A stretch of DNA of 16,615 nt from contig NZ_CP064922.1 of the NCBI RefSeq assembly GCF_018336915.1, positions 1 through 16,615 on the forward strand, in the 5' to 3' direction. The notes beneath the pieces are model-generated. The model saw only the letters and a program-made list of their open reading frames with translations, was not told the origin of the DNA and searched no databases. Each line of letters starts with the position of its first letter. Position 1 is the first letter of the stretch. This DNA is from Acaryochloris marina S15. GTDB taxonomy: Bacteria; Cyanobacteriota; Cyanobacteriia; Thermosynechococcales; Thermosynechococcaceae. This document shows, piece by piece, positions 1 to 7,398 of the stretch. Position numbers and translations under genes: made by a program.

Positions 1-14
1 TTCTCTGGAGAATA

Positions 15-404
15 ATGATGGCTAAGGGGGCTATATCTCAATTTATCTCACCGGCTCAGCTAGCTGAAATCAAGGCAGAACTTCAAGGGCTTTCTAAACT
101 AGAACCCGGTGCTAAGACTGTCCAAGATGCAGTTAAAGAGTTGATACCGATTATTCGAGGTTGTCGGGTTAGAGGTCATTCTTGGAAACGTATCTCTGAA
201 TCCTTTAGTCGGGTAGAGGGAATCTCTGCTGCTTCTCTTCGTAAGTATGCATATGAGTTAGATCCATCTTTGAAGAAGCCAGTTAAAGGAATCGTACCAA
301 AAGCTAAAAAGTCATCTGACCCTGTAAAAGTAATTGAACCCACGATAAAACCCGAACCCAGTCCAAAAACAAAGTCACCAGATCCCAAAAAGGTGAGGTT
401 CTAA
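15..404 (+). CDS. Small DNA-binding-like protein with Pro/Lys-rich C-terminal tail; possible relaxosome/oriT accessory protein (TraK-like position)
   Basis: The 129-aa ORF starts at an ATG with GGAG at 7-10. It has an HTH-like segment HSWKRISESFSRVEGISAASLRKYAYEL followed by a PK-rich tail (KPEPSPKTKSPDPKK). It is the first gene of a + strand pair with the TraL-like ATPase. The function rests on position and analogy only. Confidence 0.5.
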   Translation: MMAKGAISQFISPAQLAEIKAELQGLSKLEPGAKTVQDAVKELIPIIRGCRVRGHSWKRISESFSRVEGISAASLRKYAYELDPSLKKPVKGIVPKAKKSSDPVKVIEPTIKPEPSPKTKSPDPKKVRF

Positions 405-450
405 GTTCAGATCATTGTTGGATTGATTACACACTGTCAGCAAGTTGGTA

Positions 451-1233
451 ATGGCAAAGAAGAAAATCACAACTAAAGATAAATCTCAAGGTCACTATGT
501 CAATCTCTGGTCTGGACAAAAAGGGGGGACTGGAAAATCTTGGGGGTCTCGTCTTGATTGCCAACGACATATTGACCGTAAACAAGATTTCTTTTTATTG
601 GATGTAGATGAGGGTAATTCTTCTACTGCTCATTTCTATAGTGATTATCTATTCCACAAGTCTGCAAAGCTAACTGAGGTTGTGGAGCGTTCTAGTTTGG
701 CTAATTCAATTCTGGAGGCTCCCCGGACTAAGCCCACAGTAGTGAATTGTCGAGCGGGTACTAATGAAGCGTTGTTGACTTGGCTCAGTACTAAGCCTGT
801 GACAAAGATGGCACAGCAGTTGGGTATTCGGATGCGATATATCTTTGTTAGTGATCTAGATAATGATTCACTCCAGCTATTTAGACCGACGGTAGAAACC
901 TTCTTCCCTTATATGCCATTGATTTTTGTGGCTAATCTAGGACGCAATATGATGGGGACAGAGTTCTTTGATTCGAAGAGTTTTCAGAATTTATTGCAGG
1001 AGTACAAGGTGCCTGTAGTGAAGGTGCAGCAGTTTGACTTAGAGCTAAAGCGGCAGATGGAAGGTCATAATCCTGAGCAGCGGTTGTTGACCTGGGGGGA
1101 AGCTCTAGAGCATGAGTCGTTTGGCATTCTAGGACAGGCTGAGATACAGGCTTATTTGGGTGATTTCTATGAACAGCTCGACGGAGCCGAAAGACTCGCC
1201 GATTTGGAATTTCCTCCAAAAGCATCACGCTGA
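451..1233 (+). CDS. ParA/MinD-superfamily P-loop ATPase, TraL-like (conjugal transfer accessory)
   Basis: A deviant Walker A motif SGQKGGTGKS lies near the N-terminus, followed by an LLDVD Asp box. Length and motif order look collinear with IncP TraL as I recall it from memory; this is not aligned. ATG at 451 is preferred over the TTG at 445 used by the ORF track. Confidence 0.6.
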   Translation: MAKKKITTKDKSQGHYVNLWSGQKGGTGKSWGSRLDCQRHIDRKQDFFLLDVDEGNSSTAHFYSDYLFHKSAKLTEVVERSSLANSILEAPRTKPTVVNCRAGTNEALLTWLSTKPVTKMAQQLGIRMRYIFVSDLDNDSLQLFRPTVETFFPYMPLIFVANLGRNMMGTEFFDSKSFQNLLQEYKVPVVKVQQFDLELKRQMEGHNPEQRLLTWGEALEHESFGILGQAEIQAYLGDFYEQLDGAERLADLEFPPKASR

Positions 1234-1339
1234 TTTACCAACTTCTATCAAGCTGAAGACTTTTAAGCAGCTCCAAGACTGTGCTGTACCGGCAACAGAT
1301 AAAATATTTCCTTAGATTGTCGTAGCAATCATTAATCGA

Positions 1340-2099
1340 GTGATTGAAGAATCACTGCAAAGTGATCTACAAGGGTTAAAGCGGGAGATTAAAGAAACAC
1401 CCAAAGAAATCGGGCGTCAAATTTTGACCACTGTCACAACCGTCTTAGGCCTTCCAATAGTAATGGAACAATTTGGCCGGTAGAGATTGAACTGTCCCAT
1501 TTACAATTATTGGGCAGTGTGGATTAGATTTCTTGAAAACCTTATAGGACATAGATTTTGGGTTCATACTGTTCTATTTACACACAATGATGGAACAGTT
1601 TTGTTCCATCTAATATCTTCATTCATACGATTTTGCATGATGAGCAAGCCAAAATCTTGAAATGCTTGTTCTCACTCGCTTTCATAAATAGCTTTCTCAT
1701 CCTACTGGCCAAATTGCTCCGTTACTATTGGAAGGCCTCTTAGAGGATTCCGTTCAAGAAATTCGCTCAGCTCGTCAAGATATCAGGGGGTTAACCCAAG
1801 AGTTAAGGGCATCTGCTGTTCTAGATTCATCTTTGTCTCAGTCTGGATGGAGAGGCATTGGAACAACAATTGGAGCTATCTTTCGATTAGATAATCTAAA
1901 GATAGTAGTCGCTGGGATGATCTCGATAGGGTTCTTAGCAGGAATAGGGATTGCTAATTGGTTTGCATCTGGAGATCGAGATATCATTCACTTCAATCGC
2001 AAGGTGATCCAAGATTGCCATCAAAACTATGCAGCAGACGCTGATAAAAATGGTTGGTACACTTGCCCGCTCTTTCAATTACCCATGCCCCGAGAATAA
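1340..2099 (+). pseudogene. Small coiled-coil / single-TM membrane protein gene interrupted by a MITE-like insertion
   Basis: An open frame runs from 1316 (the best start is GTG at 1340) up to codon TTA 1445-1447. Removing 1448-1742 joins it in frame to GAG at 1743 of ORF 1728..2099. The restored protein reads ...KEIGRQILTTVTTVL|EDSVQEIRSARQDIRGL... with the TM helix IVVAGMISIGFLAGIGIANWF. The inserted DNA carries an in-frame TAG at 1481. Confidence 0.7.
1448..1737. mobile_element. 290-bp non-autonomous MITE-like element with ~31-bp terminal inverted repeats and a 5-bp target duplication
   Basis: The left TIR is GGCCTTCCAATAGTAATGGAACAATTTGGCC (1448-1478). The reverse complement of the right TIR (1707-1737) is GGCCTTCCAATAGTAACGGAGCAATTTGGCC, giving 29/31 identity. 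TCTTA is present at both 1443-1447 and 1738-1742. The element contains no ORF. It has an internal hairpin GATGGAAC-AGTTTT-GTTCCATC. Confidence 0.8.
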
Positions 2100-2117
2100 C
2101 TGAGGAGAGTTATAGAA

Positions 2118-2462
2118 ATGGCGACTACTGCCCATATCCAAATCACCTGCAAAATCTCTGAAGTTCCAAAATCAAAGGCTGTCAACGGCCTGGTGGAGTT
2201 CTACTTAACCGAAAACAATCAGGCAGTGATGGTACGGGTCAAACCCAAACAATTCAAACAGCTGACGGATCATCAGTTTGAGTATTGGACAGCCTCCATC
2301 GTGGGTAAGCTCGGTCCAGTCAATGAGAGAGGCTTTGAATTACTCAATTCTGGTATTCAGGTCTACTCAAGAAAACCTAAAGCAGGCGAAGTCCCCAACC
2401 ATCAAACCCATCAAACCTCTAACGCCAAGAAGAAGCTTACAGAGGGGGTCCACTTTGGCTAA
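2118..2462 (+). CDS. Hypothetical protein (114 aa)
   Basis: ATG at 2118 has GGAG at 2104-2107, and the gene starts 18 nt after the stop of the upstream gene. I recognise no family. Its 3' end overlaps the convergent Rep-like gene by 26 nt. Confidence 0.6.
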   Translation: MATTAHIQITCKISEVPKSKAVNGLVEFYLTENNQAVMVRVKPKQFKQLTDHQFEYWTASIVGKLGPVNERGFELLNSGIQVYSRKPKAGEVPNHQTHQTSNAKKKLTEGVHFG

Positions 2463-3471
2463 AGCGGAAGTTAAGGGGGTTCATTCCCTGCAAGATCTTG
2501 ATGGAGAAAGCAAAGGCTAGTTCTGTCCAAGGTTGCCAGTCTCCTTTTTCCGGGTTCGTACAGACACACATTTGCCCATTAACTGGCATGGAGGCTGTCA
2601 CAATGCCTTTCTCTCGGGCCAGATTAAACCATTCATTAAAACCATCAGGCATTCCCGCCACTGCATCAATCGGGTTAGGGGACCAATGTTCTTGAATGGC
2701 TTTGACGAGCATCCCCGCCGGTCTCTTAGCCCGTCCTGCTTTTTTTTGTTGTCTGACGACACTCAAGGCATTTTGAATAATCTCTACAGAGGCAGACATC
2801 ACCACTCGTTTGATGTTCATATTCAGCGGTTGAGGAGCGATCACCTCTTCCACCTCAGCCTGTAATTCTGGGTCTATTATTATTTCTTCGGAGGAAAGCG
2901 GCACGTTTGGAGATTTAGGGATTGGAGCAGGATCTGTTCTTGTCTCTTTACATTCCTTAACGTCTTGATTTTCCACATTGAGGTTTTGGGTAGAGCTAGG
3001 CAATCCATCCTTATCAATTTCTGACTTTAGAACAGGGGGGAGTGGGTGGTGTGTCTTTGTTGTTTCTCTACTCTCTCTATAAGAAGGAACGCAGTCATAA
3101 GGCTTTGAAGGCTGTAAATTGGAAATTTCTTTCCAATTTTGGGAAATTTTTTTCTCGTTTTGGGAAGTTTTCTGCTCGTCTGCAGTATCGGGATGGTGGG
3201 CGATTAGTTTCCAGAATCGAGTGTTGAACTTATAGATGCTCTCTACTAATCCTTGTTCGATCAGGGAATTAAGGGCGTTACGAATCTGACGGGTGCAGTA
3301 GGGGCGTTTGCGGCTGTGGCTGCTGAAGATTTGGAATTCTTCTAGGTCAAATTCTTGTTGCTGTCCGGCGGGGCGGCGGCGTAGAAGCCACTGATACAGG
3401 GAACGAGCAGCGGGGGGAAGCTGCATCAGGATGCGGTCATGCTCATCCGTAATTCGGGCAAAGGCTATCAT
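2437..3471 (-). CDS. Putative plasmid replication initiator-like protein (N-terminal winged-helix, low-complexity linker, conserved-looking C-terminal domain)
   Basis: The 344-aa ORF has AGGAG at 3484-3488, 12 nt upstream of the ATG. Its N-terminus (LPPAARSLYQWLLRRRP...CTRQIRNALNSLIEQGLVE) looks wHTH-like. It is divergent from parA across a 490-bp non-coding region. The Rep role is inferred from context, not from a recognised family. Confidence 0.5.
   Translation of the reverse strand: MIAFARITDEHDRILMQLPPAARSLYQWLLRRRPAGQQQEFDLEEFQIFSSHSRKRPYCTRQIRNALNSLIEQGLVESIYKFNTRFWKLIAHHPDTADEQKTSQNEKKISQNWKEISNLQPSKPYDCVPSYRESRETTKTHHPLPPVLKSEIDKDGLPSSTQNLNVENQDVKECKETRTDPAPIPKSPNVPLSSEEIIIDPELQAEVEEVIAPQPLNMNIKRVVMSASVEIIQNALSVVRQQKKAGRAKRPAGMLVKAIQEHWSPNPIDAVAGMPDGFNEWFNLAREKGIVTASMPVNGQMCVCTNPEKGDWQPWTELAFAFSIKILQGMNPLNFRFSQSGPPL
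3112..3174. repeat. Three imperfect 21-bp tandem repeats inside the Rep-like coding region
   Basis: The units are ctgtaaattggaaatttcttt / ccaattttgggaaattttttt / ctcgttttgggaagttttctg. I counted 13/21 and 15/21 identities between neighbours. They encode heptad repeats QKTSQNE-KKISQNW-KEISNLQ on the - strand. Confidence 0.6.
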
Positions 3472-3673
3472 TTTCTCTCACTACTCCTGTCGATGATTGG
3501 GAGCGAGTTCGATAGATGTCGTTAAGCTCTCTTACAGAATGCTTGTCACCGATATAGAGAAGCTCTAAAATAAGTAAACGACATTATGGGTCCCTAACTT
3601 CTGCCTGGGAAAAGCATTTCAGTTAGATCCCGCGAATACTCGCTAAAAGACGATTTAGTTTTTTAGCCTGATG

Positions 3674-3703
3674 CCCGAGCTGCTTCTAACAGCTGGGGTT
3701 TTT
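3674..3703 (+). terminator. Orphan terminator-like hairpin plus T-run in the rep-parA intergenic region
   Basis: The sequence is CCCGAGCTG-cttctaa-CAGCTGGGG, a 9-bp stem with 1 mismatch, followed by TTTTT (3699-3703). No annotated + strand gene lies upstream. Confidence 0.3.
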
Positions 3704-3859
3704 CAGGTTTTGGGGGGGTTAGAACACCTTTTCCTCCAAAAAATAATCGATGATGAATCTTAATCATCTATACTACGCCTCTAATCGGCTTTGGGAAACC
3801 ATTTAAAACAAATGATCATATGGGTTCCGAGATTAGATTCACGAACCATAATTTCAGAG

Positions 3860-3925
3860 ATTCAAAATTTCGCCAATTTGAAATTATGAATATTTGAAAT
3901 TTTACAAATTCGCCAATTCATATTA
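3860..3925. promoter_or_regulatory. parA promoter/operator and candidate centromere-like repeat cluster
   Basis: TTCGCCAA occurs at 3869-3876 and 3909-3916, 40 bp apart. ATTTGAAATT is a direct repeat at 3876-3885 and 3892-3901. The inverted repeat TTCAAA...TTTGAA flanks the first TTCGCCAA. Sigma70-like hexamers (TTGAAA, CATATT/TATTAA) are present but their spacing is ambiguous. The region ends about 40 nt upstream of the parA ATG. Confidence 0.45.
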
Positions 3926-3961
3926 ATCTGCCTACGTCCGTAGAATCGAGATGAGTCAGCA

Positions 3962-4555
3962 ATGTATATCACTGTTGCAGGATTCAAAGGAGGTGTCGGG
4001 AAAACCACGACAGCAGTCCACCTAGCTTGCTACTTATCACAGCAAGGGAAAACTCTGCTTGTTGATGGGGATCCAAACCGAAGCGCAACAAGCTGGGGAA
4101 AGCGTGGTAATTTGCCTTTTAAAATTGTGGATCTGATGGCCGCATCAAAACATAGTCAAGGGCATAATCATGTGGTGATCGATACTCAAGCTCGTCCTAA
4201 CCAAGATGAAATAGAAGCTCTAGCAGACGGATGCGATTTACTAATTCTGCCAACAACACCTGATGCACTCGCTATTGATGCATTACTTCAAACAGTAGAT
4301 CTATTGCAGACATTAGGTAATGGGTGTTTCAAAATTCTCTTGACACAAGTTCACCCCAAACCTGTAACGATGGCACAACAAGCCAGGAAGGCACTTGAAG
4401 GAGCGGGACTACCCATCTTCTCTGGACAAATCAGGCGTTTAATTGCCTACGAGAAAGCAACTCTTGCCGGATTACCAGTCAATAAGGTACGTGATCGAAA
4501 CGCCAAAAATGCATGGCGCGACTATGAAACTATTGGTAAGGAGATTTTGGTATGA
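3962..4555 (+). CDS. parA: Type Ib plasmid partition ATPase ParA
   Basis: The 197-aa protein has an N-terminal deviant Walker A motif AGFKGGVGKTTTA, then LLVDGDPNRS and VVIDT boxes. Its stop overlaps the next gene's start (ATGA at 4552-4555). Confidence 0.9.
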   Translation: MYITVAGFKGGVGKTTTAVHLACYLSQQGKTLLVDGDPNRSATSWGKRGNLPFKIVDLMAASKHSQGHNHVVIDTQARPNQDEIEALADGCDLLILPTTPDALAIDALLQTVDLLQTLGNGCFKILLTQVHPKPVTMAQQARKALEGAGLPIFSGQIRRLIAYEKATLAGLPVNKVRDRNAKNAWRDYETIGKEILV

Positions 4556-4890
4556 GCCAAGATGACATGTTCCAAAAATTGGTAAAGACTCACCGTAAAT
4601 CCCAGCCCCAAAAAAAGCAGGCTACAACTCCCAAAACTCCAAGAGAAACTAAACGTCGCGGTCGGCCCGCAAATGGAAAACGATCAGATCCAAACTGGAT
4701 TGGCCGCACTTACTATGTTCAAACAGAAACTGACCTAGATGTAGAAGAGCAGCTACTAAAATTAAAGCGTGAAGGCAAGGAATTAGATAAATCCGAATTG
4801 GTGGATGCCCTACTTGGTGCCTGGGTAAAATGGCGACAAGGCGAAGATTCAGAGATTCTAATTGGCGAAATTTCGCCAAGGCAAATTTAG
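4552..4890 (+). CDS. Ribbon-helix-helix centromere-binding partition partner (ParG-like)
   Basis: It is translationally coupled to parA. It has a basic disordered N-terminus (KKQATTPKTPRETKRRGRPANGKR) followed by an RHH-like pattern: strand TYYVQTET, then helices DLDVEEQLLKLK and DKSELVDALLGAWV. Confidence 0.65.
   Translation: MSQDDMFQKLVKTHRKSQPQKKQATTPKTPRETKRRGRPANGKRSDPNWIGRTYYVQTETDLDVEEQLLKLKREGKELDKSELVDALLGAWVKWRQGEDSEILIGEISPRQI
4862..4879. promoter_or_regulatory. Perfect 18-bp palindrome TTGGCGAAATTTCGCCAA (candidate ParG-like/operator or centromere site)
   Basis: The sequence is its own reverse complement. It contains the same TTCGCCAA core, and the 12-mer AAATTTCGCCAA, found upstream of parA. 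It sits in the last codons of the RHH gene, just upstream of the DUF4258 gene's likely GTG start. Confidence 0.5.
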
Positions 4891-4903
4891 GAACTATGGG
4901 CCA

Positions 4904-5212
4904 GTGAAGATTACAGGCATCATTAAAGCTATTCAACAGGGGCAAGTCCAGATCACTGATCACGCTGATGAAGAGGCAGAAGATGATGATTTGGGCTTTG
5001 AGGAAATTTTCTTTGCTACCTGTGGAGGGGAAATAATTGAGACTTATCCCACCGAGAAACCTTACCCCAGATGTCTAATTTTCGGAGAAGATCCTAGCGG
5101 AAAAGCAGTTCACAGTGTTTGGACCTATGATCAGAAGACAGGTATTGCAGTATTGATCACCGTGTACCGGCCAGACCCACGACGCTGGATTGACTGGCGT
5201 ATTAGGAGATAG
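4904..5212 (+). CDS. DUF4258-like putative toxin
   Basis: The motif pattern ITDHADEE...GEIIETYPTEKPYPRCLIFGEDPSGKAVHSVW...VLITVYRPDPRRW matches my recollection of DUF4258 proteins. GTG at 4904 is preferred; the ORF track's TTG at 4862 would overlap the RHH gene and the palindrome. The stop lies 2 nt before the next gene's ATG. Confidence 0.6.
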   Translation: MKITGIIKAIQQGQVQITDHADEEAEDDDLGFEEIFFATCGGEIIETYPTEKPYPRCLIFGEDPSGKAVHSVWTYDQKTGIAVLITVYRPDPRRWIDWRIRR

Positions 5213-5214
5213 AG

Positions 5215-5460
5215 ATGGAACATCTTGAAAACTGTCCCGTTTGTGGTGGGCAACTAACTGAAAAAAGCGTCACTAAGGTTCTAAGGGGTGGTGGCCATAC
5301 AGCCTCAACCAAAGTCCAGGCAGACGTTTGCTTAAGTTGCGGGGAACGTATATACGCTCTTGATACTATCAAGCATTTTGCAGCCATCCGTAGCAAGCTT
5401 AAATGTCAGGAAATAAATGAGTTTGAACCGACAGGGCAAGCATTTCAAGTAGTTTCATAA
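5215..5460 (+). CDS. YgiT-type (MqsA N-terminal-like) zinc-finger protein, putative antitoxin
   Basis: The 81-aa protein has two CxxC pairs (CPVCGG ... CLSCGE) with the spacing typical of YgiT-type zinc fingers. It is tightly coupled to the DUF4258 gene. Confidence 0.65.
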   Translation: MEHLENCPVCGGQLTEKSVTKVLRGGGHTASTKVQADVCLSCGERIYALDTIKHFAAIRSKLKCQEINEFEPTGQAFQVVS

Positions 5461-5483
5461 CTGTAGAATTAGCTTACCTATGA

Positions 5484-5505
5484 TTAACTTCTACCAAGAA
5501 GTTAA
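5484..5505. terminator. Hairpin between convergent genes (weak bidirectional terminator candidate)
   Basis: TTAACTTCT-acca-AGAAGTTAA forms a perfect 9-bp stem. It lies between the YgiT gene stop (5460) and the - strand operon stop (5521). The stem is AT-rich and has no clear U-tract. Confidence 0.3.
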
Positions 5506-5520
5506 GCAATCTATAAAATC

Positions 5521-6045
5521 TCAACCTAGTTTTACGCTGAGGCCAGAGTTGGGCTTTACCAATGGGCTTCCAAAACTTGCCTTAGTGCGTTTGAGTTGTG
5601 CTTCAACCTCTTCAATAGATACACGATTTCCGAGCAATTTTTGTGATTCTGGTCTAGGCTCAGAACGCTCTTTGGCTCGATAGATAACCAGTTGTGAGAT
5701 TCCTTCGTCTCGCGCACGTTTGCAAAGTCCGAGGATATAAAATCGATTGAATTGTCCTTCCGCCATTGTTTCTGCGGCTGTATCCGGAACATGCTTAATT
5801 GTATAGCCACCTGATGGTTTGTGAGCACCTTCAAACTCTTTCATTAATGCATTCGCTTCAAGCTGATAAGCGAGCCAATGCTCATTATGTTTCTCAGCAG
5901 CCTGTTTAAGTAGTGAAAGCCATTGATCTTTTCCTGCCTGATTAAATCGATTACTGTAATATATGTTGTTGGTTCTATCTGCTTCTTCAATAGCTTGTAA
6001 CATTGAAGCACGAGTTACACTGTCAAGATTCTCAAAATCAAACAT
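5521..6045 (-). CDS. Hypothetical protein (174 aa), last gene of the four-gene operon
   Basis: Its start overlaps the HNH gene stop (TAATG at 6043-6047). I recognise no family. Its composition is clearly less AT-rich than the three upstream genes (27/60 G+C on line 5701-5760). Confidence 0.7.
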   Translation of the reverse strand: MFDFENLDSVTRASMLQAIEEADRTNNIYYSNRFNQAGKDQWLSLLKQAAEKHNEHWLAYQLEANALMKEFEGAHKPSGGYTIKHVPDTAAETMAEGQFNRFYILGLCKRARDEGISQLVIYRAKERSEPRPESQKLLGNRVSIEEVEAQLKRTKASFGSPLVKPNSGLSVKLG

Positions 6046-6371
6046 TATCTGTTCTCTCCTATTTCAATTTTTACTGATTTTTTTCTATTGCAATTGCTAC
6101 AGAGAAGTTGAAAATTTTTTTTATCTACGGCAAATTCAGGATACTTACTTATAGGTTTTATGTGATCCATTTCTAGTAGTTCAATAGGTAGTTTTGTTTT
6201 GCATTTGCAGTTTGGATTTGCGCATAGAGCACCTTGTTCTGAGTACAGACTAAGTTTTAGAGACTTACCTTCATCAGAACTTCTGAAACTTGAGTATCTA
6301 TTGATAGCAAATTTAATGAGTCTTTTTTCTATATATTTCTTACTATTAATATAATTCTTGAAGAAATTCAT
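6045..6371 (-). CDS. HNH endonuclease
   Basis: The 108-aa protein contains CANPNCKC...LEMDHIKPIS...NFQLLCSNCNRKK. That is the Cys pair, DH and N...CxxCN layout of the HNH motif. ATGA start/stop overlap with the upstream gene lies at 6368-6371. Confidence 0.85.
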   Translation of the reverse strand: MNFFKNYINSKKYIEKRLIKFAINRYSSFRSSDEGKSLKLSLYSEQGALCANPNCKCKTKLPIELLEMDHIKPISKYPEFAVDKKNFQLLCSNCNRKKSVKIEIGENR

Positions 6372-6715
6372 CTTTGAATAGATTCGAGCATTTTCCCTAC
6401 TGACTTAAATTTTCTTTCCAGTTCTTCTTGATTGGAATAAAATTGGCTTATTAATGAAGGTTTTTCTGGCTTCTTGAATTCTATTATTTTATATTTATTT
6501 TGTATATTTATTTCTAGATTTTCCAATGATCTTATGGTCGTATTTTTTGTTCTTGGAAGCTTTTTGTATAAACTTATTGATTTTATGACCTCGCTAATAT
6601 TGTAGAAGTAAGTCAATCCTTTGATATTCAAATATTGAATATTTTTTGTTATTTTTACTGCTTGATATTGGCTTGCCCCTAAATCTCTAAGCTGTCGCCT
6701 TGTGATCGTTTTCAC
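6368..6715 (-). CDS. Hypothetical protein (115 aa), possible N-terminal HTH
   Basis: The GTG start overlaps the upstream stop (GTGA at 6712-6715). The N-terminus TITRRQLRDLGASQYQAVKITKN is weakly excisionase/HTH-like. The gene is very AT-rich. Confidence 0.6.
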   Translation of the reverse strand: MKTITRRQLRDLGASQYQAVKITKNIQYLNIKGLTYFYNISEVIKSISLYKKLPRTKNTTIRSLENLEINIQNKYKIIEFKKPEKPSLISQFYSNQEELERKFKSVGKMLESIQR

Positions 6716-7092
6716 GCGGCTTTCTCCTCTTCATAGTCGTTAATCTCTTTTTCAAGATCACTATCTTTCTGCCAACCATTGGGAATAGCCCATCTATATA
6801 AAGGACCTAACTTACACATTAAGAAGTCAATTAACTGCTGAACTTTATTTTTATGATCATCAAAATCTTTTTTGAGATTTTTGTATGAATTATCTATTTT
6901 CGTAACTTGAGTTTTTGCTCCACGACGATCATATTGTCTTTGTAGAAGTTCTGGCCCAGCGTAACTTGCCAAAGCTAATGCTGCTGAGAGATCGTCTGTT
7001 GGTCTGATTGATACATTTTTAAATGCTCGTTTTGCATCGGCTGCTGTCCAACCTAATGATTGAGCAAATTTTATAAACTCTGCTTGAGTCAT
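6712..7092 (-). CDS. Hypothetical protein (126 aa), first gene of the four-gene operon
   Basis: ATG at 7092 is followed by about 300 bp of AT-rich non-coding DNA upstream. I recognise no family. Confidence 0.6.
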   Translation of the reverse strand: MTQAEFIKFAQSLGWTAADAKRAFKNVSIRPTDDLSAALALASYAGPELLQRQYDRRGAKTQVTKIDNSYKNLKKDFDDHKNKVQQLIDFLMCKLGPLYRWAIPNGWQKDSDLEKEINDYEEEKAA

Positions 7093-7398
7093 TTTTAGAT
7101 AAAGCTTTTCTATCTTAAGCTTATACTGCCCAAATCTTTATATATAGCTGCCAGACTGGATAACAGCTTAACTATTCATCTATGTCTAGTCATTTTCAAG
7201 AATGACGATGCAAGAGATTTAGTATCTATAAATCCTAGGAATATTCGATATTGATAAACTCCCACCCTATCTCGCTAGTCGCCAACTATTGATAATTACT
7301 TAGCAGGTTCAGGGAAGAGGATAAAGCAGTTCTGGTTCTTGCCTAGGTGCAATCGAATATAGATGAAGATTGTCTTAATGCTTACTTTGTAAATGAGT

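Noticed and set aside
445-450. TTG start at 445 for the TraL-like gene, as in the ORF track
   Set aside because: An ATG two codons downstream (451) is the more conventional start. The difference is immaterial to the call.
176-1228. ORFs 176..388(-) and 932..1228(-)
   Set aside because: They are antisense shadow frames of the first two + strand genes.
1542-1552. The 11-mer TTATAGGACAT followed by GGGTT(T)CA is shared between the interior of the first MITE and 9703-9721
   Set aside because: For a 16.6-kb window on both strands I estimate dozens of chance 11-mer matches, and the similarity does not extend further. That is not enough to call a related element.
2278-3227. ORFs 2278..2520, 2498..2695, 2533..2865 and 3042..3227 (+)
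   Set aside because: They overlap the 114-aa gene out of frame or lie antisense to the Rep-like gene. None has a convincing start or motif.
3671-3760. 29-aa ORF (MPELLLTAGVFQV...) overlapping the orphan terminator-like hairpin
   Set aside because: It is too short, has no RBS and has no recognisable features. Only the hairpin itself is reported, at low confidence.
4649-6154. ORFs 4649..4963(-), 5202..5396(-), 5480..5683(+), 5556..5834(-) and 5963..6154(+)
   Set aside because: Each overlaps a better-supported gene (RHH partner, DUF4258, YgiT finger, or the 174-aa and HNH genes) on the opposite strand or in another frame.
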